The position numbers and the translations under genes were made by a program. Under the pieces are notes generated by a model. It did not search any database and was not told where the DNA came from. It worked only from the letters and a program-made list of their open reading frames with translations. Below, in pieces: positions 13,801 through 25,666 of a DNA stretch of 64,000 bases; within the stretch, counting starts at the first letter, position 1; each line of letters begins with the position of its first letter. This DNA is from Mantamonas sphyraenae STR306. Lineage: Eukaryota > Protista > CRuMs. The DNA is taken from contig JAPMXV010000053.1 in the NCBI GenBank assembly GCA_026936335.1, forward strand, positions 62,001 to 126,000. The letters are read 5' to 3'.

Positions 13801-14593
13801 ATGGAAAACCTGCAACCGATCATCGAGTTTTTGGCACCGCCGCCTCTGTCGCCGTACTTTCAGGCCGGTGGGCCGCTGGAAGGATACAATGAGGACGTGA
13901 TGCTGGTGCTCGCAAGTCTTGTGATTTTGCTTGTGCTGGACACGGTTCTGGTTCGTCCGCTGGTGGATCCTGGCGCGCGCTACTTTGCACTGCATGCGTG
14001 TGTCAACATGGTTGTGGTTGGTCACTGCCCTCCCCGACGTGTTCCGTCTGTTCAACGAGCCGTGGAACGCGTACAACGGGCCGAGCTGCAGCATGATTCC
14101 CAATGCAGCCGTCGCCGCGATTCACATCTACCATGTGCTGTTCTTCAAGCTGCGTTCCGACGAAGTGTTCCACCACGTGGTGTTTGTGATGGTGCTGTGT
14201 GGTCTGGCCATTCCCTACAAGCAGGAGGTGGGTGCCGTCAGCAACGTGGGCTCGTTCGTTCTCAGCGGCCTGCCCGGCGGCATCGACTACATCCTGCTGG
14301 TGCTGGTCAAACACGGCGTCATCAGCAAGCTGGACGAGAAGAAGTGGAACGCGTCGCTGCAGGGTCTCATCCGCGGTCCCATGATGTCCACCAGCAGCTT
14401 TGTCGCCTGGGCCCACTACCGCCAGGGCAACCTCGGCGGCATCCCCGTCGCCTTTTCCGCCCTCTGCGCCTTTCTGCACTTTTACAACGGCAACAAGTAT
14501 GCCATGGAGGCTGTGGAAGGCTATGGCAAGTGGAAGGAGCGTGCAGATGCTGAGAAGAAGGCCAACAAGAAGACAGCGGCCAAGAGCGATTGA
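13801..14593 (+). CDS. TLC (TRAM/LAG1/CLN8)-like membrane protein; apparent 1-nt insertion near 14020
   Basis: ARYFALHACVN, IHIYH, DEVFHHVVFV, LSGLPGGIDY and IRGP motifs; C-terminal Lys-rich tail. Two ORFs join across a single extra base. Confidence 0.7.
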
Positions 14594-14655
14594 ACAGGAA
14601 GCACACACACCACAAAGAACAGCAACGTTGTTTCTTTCATGCCAAAACACTCCCT

Positions 14656-17367
14656 TCACGTTGCGTTCAGGCGCCCCTGTGCCATGACTGCATCGCCCCC
14701 GCCACGCCCACCCCCGACACGGTCGAGCACCTCTTGCAACAGATCCTTGGCCACAATGTCATCGTTGGCTCGCATGACCATGACTTGGGCTCCAATCATG
14801 AGCACAGCCGCGTCTGCTTTCTGTGCACTGGCCTTGTCCCTGAGCCAGCCAAGACGTGTGCGCTGGTACACTTTGTGCTGCGTGAGCTCGTCCGCTTCGA
14901 CGCGATTCACCACACAGCGTCGCCCTGCAAGTTGCCACTCCTCTGTCGTGCCATCATCCATGCAGGCCAGTCTCTGGCGTGCCTGTTGCAGCTGAGAGCG
15001 CTCCAGGCTGCGTTCGTTCAACACCTTGTCCAACTTGGCCACAACCTTGGCCTCGCCAACACCCAGGGCTGCCGAGACGTCCTGCAGCGTGTGTCGAGCC
15101 TGCTGCAGCACAGATACGCTGGCATGAGCACAGGTGGCTTCGATGCGCCGCACTCCCGCCGCGATGGACGACTCACTGGTAATCACAAACGGATGCAGGG
15201 CCGCCGTGCTGGCCACGTGTGTGCCTCCGCACAGCTCTGTGCTCAAGTCGCCCACCTGCACCACGCGCACAACGTCGCCATACCGTTCGCCGGCCAGCGA
15301 GACGGCGCCCATCGTTCCAACCGCATGGTCATAGTCACACTCGACCGTGTGCACGTCCACCGCCGCTGAAATCGCCTTGGCCACACGCTCTTCCACCTCC
15401 TCCAGCTGCTCCTTGCTCAATGCCCCCGACGGCGCCGTAAAATCAAAGCGCAACCGATCGGCTTCAACCAACGAGCCAGCCTGCTGCACCTGGGTGCCCA
15501 GCGTGTCACGCAAAGCCTGTGCCAACAAGTGTGTGCCTGTGTGGTGTGCTGCGCAGCCCGCGCGATGATGGCCATCCACACGTGCATGCACCATCTTGCC
15601 CAGATCGAGCAGATCGGCCACAGCTGCAGAATTCCCGCTTCCTCGCATGGACTCCGGCACACGCACTCGCAGGGCAATCTCTGAAGCAGACGGATGCACT
15701 GCGTCCAACACGTGCAACTGCGGACCATCGTGGCCCAGCTGCAGCACGCCGCGGTCCCCAACCTGCCCACCCCCGCGTGCATAAAACGGACACGGATCGA
15801 TACACACCCATGCCTCGCTGCCGTCGTCGTTCAACGGTGTCACTGTACGCACCACGCTGACATCACTTTCCGTGTGTTGGTACCCAATAAACTCGCAGCT
15901 GTAGTCCCACGTGCCCAGCGACGCGAACGCATCGGCCTCGCCTCCACCTCCGCCTCCTCCGCCTTGCTTGCGCCAATCCTCCCGTGCGCGTGCACGCTGT
16001 TCTTCCATGAGCGCAGACACGGATGATTCGTCGACGTGCAGGCCTCGTTCGCCGGCGATCATGCGCGTCAGGTCCACGGGGAAGCCAAACGTGTCATAGA
16101 GTTGGAAAACGTCCGGTGCAGGCAGCTCGGTGGCGTCTTGCAACTTGCATGCCTCCACCTGAGCATCGAGAATCTTCATGCCCCTTTCCAGCGTGCGCAA
16201 GAACAGGCTCTCTTCCCGGTGCAGCACGCCCACCACATGCTCCTCCCACTGCCGCAGCTCTGGATAAGACGTGCCCATCAAACGCACCAGTTCAGGGTAA
16301 AGTTGGTACAGCAGCGGTTCGTTCGCCCCCAGATCCGAGGCAAAACGGACGGCGCGACGGATGATGCGCCGCAACACATACCCGCGCCCCACGTTACTGG
16401 GCACCACCCCGTCTGCCAGAAGGAAGCCAGCAGAGCGCACGTGGTCGGCAATCACAGCCAAGGGTGCACTGTGGTCCTCGCGTGAAAATCCATTCACGTA
16501 GCCCGCATCCATACGTCGCAACGCAGCGTCGTCAAAAGGCACACCGGCGAGCTCGGCTGCACGCAGCATCAGAGCACCCAATACGTCGGTGCCATAGTTT
16601 GTGTTGCTGCCTTGCATGACACAAGCCAGCCGTTCCAACCCCATGCCTGTGTCCACGCACGGTCTGCTCAGGGGTTGCAAGCTCCCGTCCTCCTGTCGCA
16701 TGTGCTGCATAAACACAAGATTCCACAATTCCAGGTGCTGTTCCCCATCCACAGCCCTTCCTTGGTCCCAAAAGATTTCCGAACACGGCCCGCACGGCCC
16801 GGGGCCGTCGCCCATGCTCCAAAAGTTGTCTGCGTCCCCCAGGCGTGCGATGCGTGCGTCAGACAGACCCGCCACCTTGCGCCACAGTGTGGCAGCCTCT
16901 TCGTCAGTGTGATGCACACTGACACTGAGTCGTGACGTCGGCAATGCCAGCTGGCGTGTGAGAAAGTCCCACGCCAACACAATTGCCTCTTCCTTGAAGT
17001 AGCTGCCAAACGAAAAGTTGCCTAGCATCTCAAAGAGGGTGTGATGCCGTGCAGTGAAGCCGACATTGTCCAAGTCGTTGTGCTTGCCTCCCGCACGCAC
17101 GCACTTTTGCACCGACGTCGCCTGTGCAAGGCTGTTCTCGGCTCCGTCGCTGGCGGCAAAGTTCCGCTTGAATTGCACCATGCCTGCGTTGGTGAACAAC
17201 AGACTGGGGTCATCACTCGGCACAAGCGACGATGCCTCCACCTCGCTGTGCCGCGGCTCCGCCTCGTCGCGGAAGTACCGCAGAAACTCGGCACGCAACG
17301 CCGCGCTACTGCTCGCCCCTGCCTCTCCGCACGCCACAGGCGTCCGTGCTACGACACGTCCAAACAT
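14656..17367 (-). CDS. AARS2: Alanyl-tRNA synthetase, probably mitochondrial
   Basis: DPSLLFTNAGMVQFK, HHTLFEMLGNFSFG, DTGMGLER; editing motifs HTGTH and ELCGGTH. The start is inferred at MFGRVVART. Confidence 0.93.
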   Translation of the reverse strand: MFGRVVARTPVACGEAGASSSAALRAEFLRYFRDEAEPRHSEVEASSLVPSDDPSLLFTNAGMVQFKRNFAASDGAENSLAQATSVQKCVRAGGKHNDLDNVGFTARHHTLFEMLGNFSFGSYFKEEAIVLAWDFLTRQLALPTSRLSVSVHHTDEEAATLWRKVAGLSDARIARLGDADNFWSMGDGPGPCGPCSEIFWDQGRAVDGEQHLELWNLVFMQHMRQEDGSLQPLSRPCVDTGMGLERLACVMQGSNTNYGTDVLGALMLRAAELAGVPFDDAALRRMDAGYVNGFSREDHSAPLAVIADHVRSAGFLLADGVVPSNVGRGYVLRRIIRRAVRFASDLGANEPLLYQLYPELVRLMGTSYPELRQWEEHVVGVLHREESLFLRTLERGMKILDAQVEACKLQDATELPAPDVFQLYDTFGFPVDLTRMIAGERGLHVDESSVSALMEEQRARAREDWRKQGGGGGGGGEADAFASLGTWDYSCEFIGYQHTESDVSVVRTVTPLNDDGSEAWVCIDPCPFYARGGGQVGDRGVLQLGHDGPQLHVLDAVHPSASEIALRVRVPESMRGSGNSAAVADLLDLGKMVHARVDGHHRAGCAAHHTGTHLLAQALRDTLGTQVQQAGSLVEADRLRFDFTAPSGALSKEQLEEVEERVAKAISAAVDVHTVECDYDHAVGTMGAVSLAGERYGDVVRVVQVGDLSTELCGGTHVASTAALHPFVITSESSIAAGVRRIEATCAHASVSVLQQARHTLQDVSAALGVGEAKVVAKLDKVLNERSLERSQLQQARQRLACMDDGTTEEWQLAGRRCVVNRVEADELTQHKVYQRTRLGWLRDKASAQKADAAVLMIGAQVMVMRANDDIVAKDLLQEVLDRVGGGRGGGDAVMAQGRLNAT

Positions 17368-17552
17368 TTGATCGGTCGGTGTGAGTTTGCCCTCGGGAAA
17401 GGATGGGAAATTGCGTTGGCGACCACTGAGCGTTTGCCAACTCGACACGTGTTGTTTGGGGGGGGTGGCCAAAGGAGAGGGAGGGATTGAGACGTACACA
17501 ACATGTGCTTTGCAACAAGTGATGCTGAGAAGAGTGGAGTCTGTTTCCATTC

Positions 17553-19585
17553 TCACTGAAAGTTGGAGAAAAGCAGCTCGTCGTCGCCGAGCTGTGCATA
17601 CGCTGCCTGGGCACTGGTGTTGCCACCAAAGCTGCTGCTGCTGGTCGATGTGTTCAAATTCTGCGTATGGTTGTTGGGGTTGCTGCTGTTGCTGCTGTTC
17701 ATCTGCGCCTGGCCGCTGCGGCTCTTTCCCAACATGGCCCCTGCCGACGAACGGTTGCCGTGGCCACTGTTGCTGTTGCTCAACCCGTGCATGCCCGAAG
17801 AGACCCCTCCTCCACCGCTGCCTGAGCTCGTGCCCTGCTGCATGAGCAGCAACTTTGTCTGGTTCTCCTCCATCTGCTTGTTCTTCAATTCGCTCATGCG
17901 CAGGCGCTCCTCCAACACCGCAATGGTTTGCGTCAACACATCCACTGCTTGACGCATCTCCTGCAGTTCGTTGATGATAGGCCTGGCATAGTCGCCGTCC
18001 TGGTCGTCCTGCTTGGCACGCACCTCGGGCACCCCTGGCGAGCGGTACTGGGCCTGCAGCGTGTCCGACAACGTGTAGTCAGACTCGGCACCCATTCCAA
18101 TGCCCGATGATCCTCCCTTCTTGGGGCTGCGCGGCTGCTGGCTGCTGCTGCCGTACGAAAACGACGACACGTTTGCGTTTGCCCCGTACGCTGCGCTGTG
18201 TGACACGTCCTGTCGCGAGGGAAACACATCCTCAAAGTTATTGCCGGCGCGGTCGGACGAAGCGGCCGTCTTGGGTCGCTTGCGAGGCGACTTGCGACGC
18301 TTGCGCTTGCCCGACTTGGAGGACGACGACGACGAGCCGCCCTGTTGCTCCATCAGGTCGGCGTACGGGTCGTACGTGTCAAAGTTTGTCTTCCAGACCA
18401 TGACCTGCTGGTCCACGCCCGTGCTGGCGAAAAAGTCGCCCGCAGGGGACCAGGCAGAGCCCATGGTAGGGCCTTCGTGGCCGTGCAGTGTGTAGTACAG
18501 ATGGCCCTCTCGCAGGTCCCAGACCTTGAGGGTGCCATCGTTGGAGGTGGACATGAGATAGTCGCCCGATGGGTGGAAGCTGATGCTGTTGACATTGTCC
18601 GTGTGTGCCGGGTAGTGCTGCAACAGCATTTGCGAACGCACATCCCACAGCTTGATGCTCTGGTCACTGGAACAGGCAGCGATGCAGGTGCCGTCGGGGT
18701 GGAATGCCACCGAGTTGACATTGGCGCAATGGTCGTAGTATGTGTGCAAACACTTGTGCGACTCAACCTCCCACAGTTTCACCGTCTTGTCGTCACCACC
18801 GGACACCACCAGCCGATCGTCGGGACTGAACTGTGCGCTGCGCACCCAGTTGCTGTGACCCAGCAGAGAGAACTGGAAGCGCTGCTGGGCAATGTTCCAC
18901 ACTTTGACGCTCTTGTCGTCCGAGGCAGTCAGCAGAAACGAGCCCTCGGAGCTGAACGATACCGAACGCACTGCACCCGTGTGCGCTTTGATCAGCGAAG
19001 ACTCCCCCTTGACAGTGGGAAGCCACAGACGCACCGATCGGTCTTTGGAGCCCGAAGCAATGAGCTCCCCCGTGGGCGAAAAGGCAACAGAGAGCACGGG
19101 ACCCTGTGTACGGCCACCCACGAGTCAAACAGTCCATCAAGGCGGTGCGTAAGGGCGTGTGAGTGGTACGTACAGCAATCATGGAGGGTGCGTAAAGGGG
19201 AAACATGGGGCTGAAAGCGGAGCATAGCCAGGCGCGGCGCGGAAATCCGTTTTTTTGGCGCGCAGGCTAGACAAGAAAAGGCGACACAACACACGCACCT
19301 TGTGGCCCGTGTAGCGAAAGGCGCGGAGTTGCGGTTTGAAGTTCCACACCATGACTGTGTTGTCCATGCCACCAGACACCAGCTGCTTCATGTTTGGGTT
19401 GAAGGAGACGCACGTGGCCGCGTGCTTGTGGCCACGGAACGAGCGCTCCAGCGTCGGATCTTCCGCGTTGGACGACTGCTCAACCAGAAGGTGCACGGCG
19501 AGTGTGAGAAGCCAGAGCGAGACACGACACACGAAACAAGCGTGGGGAGGGCACGACACGCACGCGGCACACACACACATACCAT
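17553..19585 (-). CDS. POC1: POC1 centriolar WD40 protein, 3 exons
   Basis: M|[16 protein letters not shown], seven WD40 repeats, VMVWKTNFD and the Poc1 coiled coil [15 protein letters not shown]. Confidence 0.93.
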
Positions 19586-19663
19586 CAAAGACGAGAAGGC
19601 AAGGAAAGGTTGGCACGTCGCACGCGCCGGTGCCACCAAAACCCCCTGCCCCGTCCAATTGTC

Positions 19664-20650
19664 ATGAAACCCATGCACTACTCCCCGGAGCTGGAGAACG
19701 AGTTGGTGACATACGCGGAGAGCGAGGACACAACCGGATGGGAGCAGTTTCTCCCGCTTCTCGAGAGTATCGCCAACACCGGCCACAGCCGCTACGAATG
19801 GAGCCTCCTGTACAAACCTCTGCTGGCTGCATTCCACGAGGTGAGTGAACATCGGCCAATGCGCTCGTGTTGGGGTCGCCGTGCAGCCCCGTTGCGGCGT
19901 GTGGCGTCCAGCCGCGGCTGCATGGCGCCCGTTCGAGTCGTTTGCTGGCCCATGCGCCTGTCCTGGAACGTACGCAAGCATGGAACACTGACACACAGCC
20001 GTTTTGGGTACTGAATGGGTGTTTGGACTCGCAGGCGATGCTCACTGTGTACCAGAACGAACACCCGGACGAGGAAGAGCCCTTGGAGAAGCTGGAAAGC
20101 GAGTTTGACGAGCAGCTGACGCGGATCCATGCCACTCTGGATCGACTCAGTGGGTAGGTTTGGCTCACAGGGTATAGCATCATCTTGTTTCCGTGCGTGG
20201 TGCTGTGTATGAGAACCATCGAAGCACGAGGGCCCGTTCCTGACACCCACACGCGCGCACAGCATCCCGTTCTCCATCCAGCGCCTGTGCGAGCTGGCGC
20301 TCACACCAGACAGGCACTACCGCCGCGCACGCTCGCTGATCTACGCGTTTGAAAAGAGTGCAGCTGTGTCGACAACGCAGCCAGTGTTTGACGGGGACGT
20401 GTCGAGCGACAGCGACAGCGACGACGACGACGACGCCGCCGGTAGCGGAGCAGAGGGAGGCACACAGGCCACGGATCCGTTGGACACAGAAAGCGCCTCG
20501 CAGGCAGCCACACAAAGCCTGTCCACGGACGATGAAGATCGGTTGGACGAAGACGAGGAGGAGAAGCCCGAGAAGCTTCAACAGAGCAGCAACAGAGCCA
20601 ACACAAAGGCTGGGTCAGCATCCAGCGACACGGGCATGGAGATTGAATAG
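19664..20650 (+). CDS. PPP4R2: Protein phosphatase 4 regulatory subunit 2-like, 3 exons
   Basis: LESIANTG..YEW; spliced exon IPFSIQRLCELALTPDRHY matches the PFT(I)QRLCEL signature; acidic tail. Confidence 0.8.
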
Positions 20651-20688
20651 AACAAAACAGTATGTACATGGTGTGAACCCCCCCTCTC

Positions 20689-21816
20689 TCAACGGTGCCC
20701 GAGGTTGCCGGCACCGCGCGGATTGTCGTCGGCCCAAGCGTCCCACTCGCGGTCCTTGTAGGTCTGCTTGTCCACCTCAGCCTCGTCGTCGCTGTCCACC
20801 TCCTCCTTCGGGTTGAGAGCAGCCTCGCGAGCGGCCGCCTCCTGCTCGGCCTGCATGCGAGCGACCTCCATCTCGCCAAACTCCTCCACGCTGATCGTGT
20901 GCATGGTGTGCGAGGGTTTGAAGACCCCTTCGCGTACCTGACCACGCTTGTCAATGTTGTATACAGAAAGGCCACCTTTGGACTTGTAAGCGGGGATGTT
21001 GACAGAGCCTCCTGACGACGACGACGACGACGACGAGCCGGACGCCGCCTGTTCCGCCGCCTCGGCTGCCTCGATTTCACGCAGCTGCCGTGCCGTCTTG
21101 GCCTGCTCTTTAGTGACGTGGGACTTTGGCACGATGCCAGACAGTTTCAGCATGTCCACCTCCTGCTTGAGCATGTCCAGTTCACCCAGCGCCACGCGCA
21201 CCGCCTCTTCGGCTTGGATGGTGAAGCGTTCACGCTCCAGCTCGCCGTACTCGTCGTGGTCCATGATCAGTCCCTCATCGTCACCCAGCTCGTCGCGCAG
21301 CTTGGCCTGCCGTTGCTTGATCTCCTCGGTACGCTCCCGCGCCTGCTTTTCCCGCCTGAACATGAGGATCTTCTCGTCACGCAGGCGCTGCGCGTCCGGT
21401 CGCGTCTCGCGGGTCATCATTTGCACATCGAGACTGTTGAGCAGGCCCAAGTCGTCGCAGAGCGACAGAAACGTTTCAAAGTCGGCCTGCGCTTCCAGCA
21501 CCGTCGCATAGCGCTCCGCCATGCCCCCGGTGAACACCTGGTTACGCAGCATGGCCAGCATGAATCCTACCCGGATGAACTTGAGATCACTCGTGTTCAG
21601 GTCTTCCACCAGCTCGTTGTCCGAGATGATCCCTTGCTCTTTGACCAACGCTTGCACCTCCTGCAACTGCTCGATCCCCTTGCTCACCAACTCCTGGTAC
21701 GCATCCGACGCAGAGGCCAGCGACGAGTCCTGCACTGCGTCAAACGTCTCCTCCGCCGCACGCATCAGCTCCGCTAGCGAGGCACCTGCACACCCAGCCG
21801 TGTACACGGAGTGCAT
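20689..21816 (-). CDS. IGBP1: TAP42 / alpha4 PP2A-family regulatory subunit (5' end uncertain)
   Basis: IISDNELVEDLNTSDLKF, RDEKI, VFKPSHTMHTISVEEF and the C-terminal REWDAWADDNPRGAGN signature. Confidence 0.88.
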   Translation of the reverse strand: MHSVYTAGCAGASLAELMRAAEETFDAVQDSSLASASDAYQELVSKGIEQLQEVQALVKEQGIISDNELVEDLNTSDLKFIRVGFMLAMLRNQVFTGGMAERYATVLEAQADFETFLSLCDDLGLLNSLDVQMMTRETRPDAQRLRDEKILMFRREKQARERTEEIKQRQAKLRDELGDDEGLIMDHDEYGELERERFTIQAEEAVRVALGELDMLKQEVDMLKLSGIVPKSHVTKEQAKTARQLREIEAAEAAEQAASGSSSSSSSSGGSVNIPAYKSKGGLSVYNIDKRGQVREGVFKPSHTMHTISVEEFGEMEVARMQAEQEAAAREAALNPKEEVDSDDEAEVDKQTYKDREWDAWADDNPRGAGNLGHR

Positions 21817-22426
21817 CGGCCCACCGATGAGATTGCGAAACACATGTGCGTCAGCGTGTTGCATGCACGCACACACGTCCAGCGGCAAGGCAAAAAAAGG
21901 CGGAACGCGAGGCGAAAATGCACGTCCCGCCGCTGCGGCCCTCTTTGCGGCTACCACACGCTGTCGCGGAATAGGCCACTGTGTCGAGGCGAGCGGCAGA
22001 GGCGGGTGGTGCAAGTGCTAAGGATGTGGATCGTACAAAAGAGTAGAAGTTGCTCAAGATGGAGTGTGCTTGGCCTTCTGGCTGACGGATCCTGCCGCCG
22101 CCGCAGAACGGCGACGACGTTGCTCTGCCCTGCCTGCACACAAACACCCCGAATGGCGGCTTTAAAAGACATAGAACAAGCACAGCGTACCCTGGAGCAG
22201 TGGCGGTACGGCCAACCCGCATCATGTGCGGGGGGGATGGCAAGCGGGGAGGTGGTTTTGGGGAGAGTGTGAAAGTGGGCTGGTGGAAAACGCACCGCTG
22301 GAGCTCATTCGCGAATTTGTGCTGGCCTCCCCAGCGCTCTGCGACATGTGCACCCACCAAACGACCACCGGTGGCTAATTGAGGTGAATGTGTATTGAGA
22401 GTATGTATGTCTGTGTGTCTGCGTGC

Positions 22427-23112
22427 TCAGAGCGGCTCCTCCCAGGCCTTCCACTCGACCATCTTGGGAATCAGCGCGAGCTCGTTCTCGGCGTGTGAGA
22501 TGGCCTCCTCGATGTCCTGCAGGCCCAACGCACTTTCAATGGCCGATGTGTCCTTCTCGCTTTCCACAAGCGACAGGCGGAAGTTGGTCGTCGACTCCAC
22601 ATCCTGTCGGTACTTGGCCTCTGCCGGAATCGCCTGCACGGCCTCCAGCGTCTCGCGGTACAGGCCGACAAGCACGCTGCGTGCCTCTGGGTTGGCGGTC
22701 AATCCCACCAAGGCTGTGCGCATGTTGATGGGACCCACGTGCAACGCGTCATCCGTCTCTCCGCGTCAGTGCACTTGCCTCACAATCTTCCCGCCTCCTA
22801 ACGCTTTCCCTCTTCGGCCCTTCTGCACTATTCCACTTCTTCAAAACACCGATTTTCAATCTCATCGCATGTCTGTGCCACTCTTCAGCCCATACACATG
22901 CACAAACAGCTGGTCCCTGGGCTCTAGGTTGTGTGTGGGGCAGGCGTTGACCTCGCATGTTCGGAGAACGCCTTTCGCAAGCCTCCGCACGTGCACGCCC
23001 CACACCAATGCACGCCAACGCCACACTCATCCGCTCACACACACAATGAGTTTGCCTCACACACGCGTCTGCATGGTCACCTACATGTGGCTTTCTTGAT
23101 TCCGGAGCTCAT
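22427..23112 (-). CDS. NDUFA5: NADH:ubiquinone oxidoreductase B13 subunit, 2 exons
   Basis: Spliced MSSGIKKAT|SLVGL..., IPAEAKYRQDVE, IEEAISHAENELALIPKMVEWKAWE. Intron ~23084-22714. Confidence 0.9.
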
Positions 23113-23173
23113 TCTTGCAACAAGTTTGTTTTGCTTCCGCGGTCGCCAATGCCCACATCCATCGAGTCCATCC

Positions 23174-25666
23174 TCACACACGCCCTTGCAGTGCACTTGC
23201 TCGCACGCCAAACTCATTGGGGGCTCCGCTCAGATCCTGCAACACTCCAGCCAGCTGCAACTTCAGCTTTTCCGGGAACGGCACCTCCAGCTCGATGGCC
23301 TGCTCCACCCACGGCATGATCTTGTCCACAAAGTTGGTGTTTTGCAGGCACTCGATGAGTTTGGTAAACAGGTCGCAGATTGTGTCCAGATCCAGCTGGT
23401 GCAGCACGGGACCAGTGCGGCCCATTAGACGCACCAACGTCAGCTCGTCACCTGCATCCAGCACCACACCGTACGCCTCCGACGTACGGTCAGACACCAA
23501 ATAATTCAACGAGCGCGTAAACACACTCTCCTCCGCCAGTGAGTCGTATTCCGCTGCGGTTTCGTAGTCGTCCACGTTGGCCATCACCATGCCGCGTCCC
23601 ACATATCCACGCTGCCCATGACTGCTCTGCATCATCCGTTGCTGTGAGTTGAACCCTTGCTGACCCCGAGAGCTGCTGCTCTCTCCACCAAACGACGACG
23701 ACGACGACCCGCCAACACGTTGGCCTACCCCTTGGATCATCGACAAGCTAGGAGAGCCACCGCCCACCGTCGACCCCGAAGGAGACGATGCCATCATCTG
23801 GTACCCTGCGCCTCCATTCCCTGGATCCTGGTACGCCTGCTGCATCTGCATCTGCTCCAAACGCATCACACGCTGCTCCATCGCCTGCATCTGCATCGCA
23901 TGTTCCTTTCGCATCGACGCCACCATGGCACGCAGTTCGTCGATTTCTTCCAGAGCGGCTCTGTATGCTCGCGCGTCCACGCGCATGTGGCCCAAGGTGG
24001 AGCGGGCCCCGGGAAACTCCCTATCCTCCACGTCCTCATCTCCGTGTTCATCTTCCTCCCCGTCTTCCTCATCGTCTGTACTGGATCGCATGCGCCTACT
24101 CTTTCCTTTGGCGTACGTCTTGTCCAACCCGCGTCCGCTTCGCTGCTTGCCTTGCTTCTTGCTGGACGATGCCGCCGCTTTGCTGCTGTCATCTGGCCGC
24201 TGCCAGCGTTCACGCAGCAAACTCTGTTGTGCTTGCCGACGCAGATCTGCCTCCAACTTGAGCTTTGTCGACGGCTCCTTTTGCTTCGCTGTCAACGCGT
24301 TGTTGTGCTTCCCGTACTCCCTCCACGCTTGCTTACGCCCGCTACCCGTCACCGGCACCTGTTTGGATTGCAACGGCGTGGACGACTGCCCCAACAATGG
24401 CGCATCCGACGTGTTTGTGCTCCATGTTCGCCTTGTCGAGGCAACCGTCCCGCCTGGCGATGGCGTTACGGGTTCGGCAACCTCGTCGCCGTCACTACTG
24501 CTTTGTCGACGCACTTTGGGTTGCATCATCTGGTCCAGCTGCTCGTGCACTGCCTCGTCGGCGTCTGCCTGCCCGCTGGCAAACTTGTTGATCATATGTC
24601 GCGTGGGCACGTCGTCCGAGTCTGGAATGTCTGCAAAGACGTGGATGGCCTCCGCCACGGCCTCCCGCACGGGCTTCACCTTGTCCAACCGGCACTGTTC
24701 CAACGCATCCAGCACTTCGTGCACAAAACTGCTCATAGCTGCGCCCAGATTCAGCGCAAACGCCTCGATCAGCTCCACGCTTGCCTTCCTCGTGTTCCAG
24801 TCGCTGTCTACGAGGCCATCCAGAGCCGCAGACAGAAGCGCGGGAACATATGGGATACTGTGTTCTCCGCACGTCTCCACCAGGTTCGAAACAGCAGCGA
24901 AAAGCTCGGGCCGACACAGGCTGTTCGGATTGTTGATGAACTTCAGCAACCGCGGCGCAAGCCTGTGCAAGTTCGTAATCACGTTGCTGCCTGCACGTGC
25001 AAGTACCTGTTGGATGCACAGTGCTGCTCCGTTCTGCAGATACTTGTTCTGTTCACTCAGGCAGCCAAAAAGTGGCTTCATCAGGGACCCAACGACGAGT
25101 CGGAAGAATCATTGGGGGGAACCACATACTCGGCCAGGCAGCCCATGGTCTCTGAACACGCCAGACGTACCACGCTGTCTTTGTCCTTCAGGCGCTTGGC
25201 CACTGCAGACACCATCTTGCCCAGGTACGGGAGGCAATTGTCCCTGTGCAGCTTTGCCAGCTCCCCCAGAATCCGCACGCTCTCCTTGCGGATGAGCATC
25301 GCCTCTCCGGACTCCACCTGACACATGCAGCTCTGTGTGTGCGTGCACGCCGCAATCCATGTGCGTCGGTACGTGTCAGGAAAACCAACGGATTTCGCGC
25401 GTTTCGAGCAAACTGCCGCCACTCTCCACCTGCACACCCCACGAGCACCTCTACCCCTGCAGCACTGTACTATCACAACCTACTATGTACACAGACAACG
25501 TGTCTTTGGTCAGGTGCTCCTGCAGCTCTAGGAGTTCTCCCAACCCAGTTTGGTGTGTGTCTCGCTCGCCTAGTTTCGTCATGCTAGCAAGAACATGATG
25601 TTTGAAGTTCCCTGTGTATTTGCGCGACAGGCCTCCCGTCCGCCGCGGGCTGCTTCCGCTGCTCAT
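23174..25666 (-). CDS. TORTIFOLIA1/SPIRAL2-like HEAT-repeat microtubule-associated protein; 1 intron and an apparent 1-nt deletion near 25085
   Basis: FKHHVLASMTKLGERDT, RLKDKDSVVR, DWNTRKAS, CRLDKVKPVRE, a coiled coil, and C-terminal DELTLVRLMGRTGPVL, all resembling plant TOR1/SPR2. Confidence 0.82.

Noticed and set aside
17368-17556. In-frame extension of the AlaRS ORF up to the POC1 stop (ATG 2 nt after the TGA)
   Set aside because: The extension is not protein-like, and the downstream MFGRVVART is a more plausible mitochondrial start.
22024-22396. Possible small + strand gene between TAP42 and NDUFA5 (MAALKDIEQAQRTLEQW...)
   Set aside because: It needs an assumed intron or frameshift and has no recognisable homology; several incompatible models are possible.
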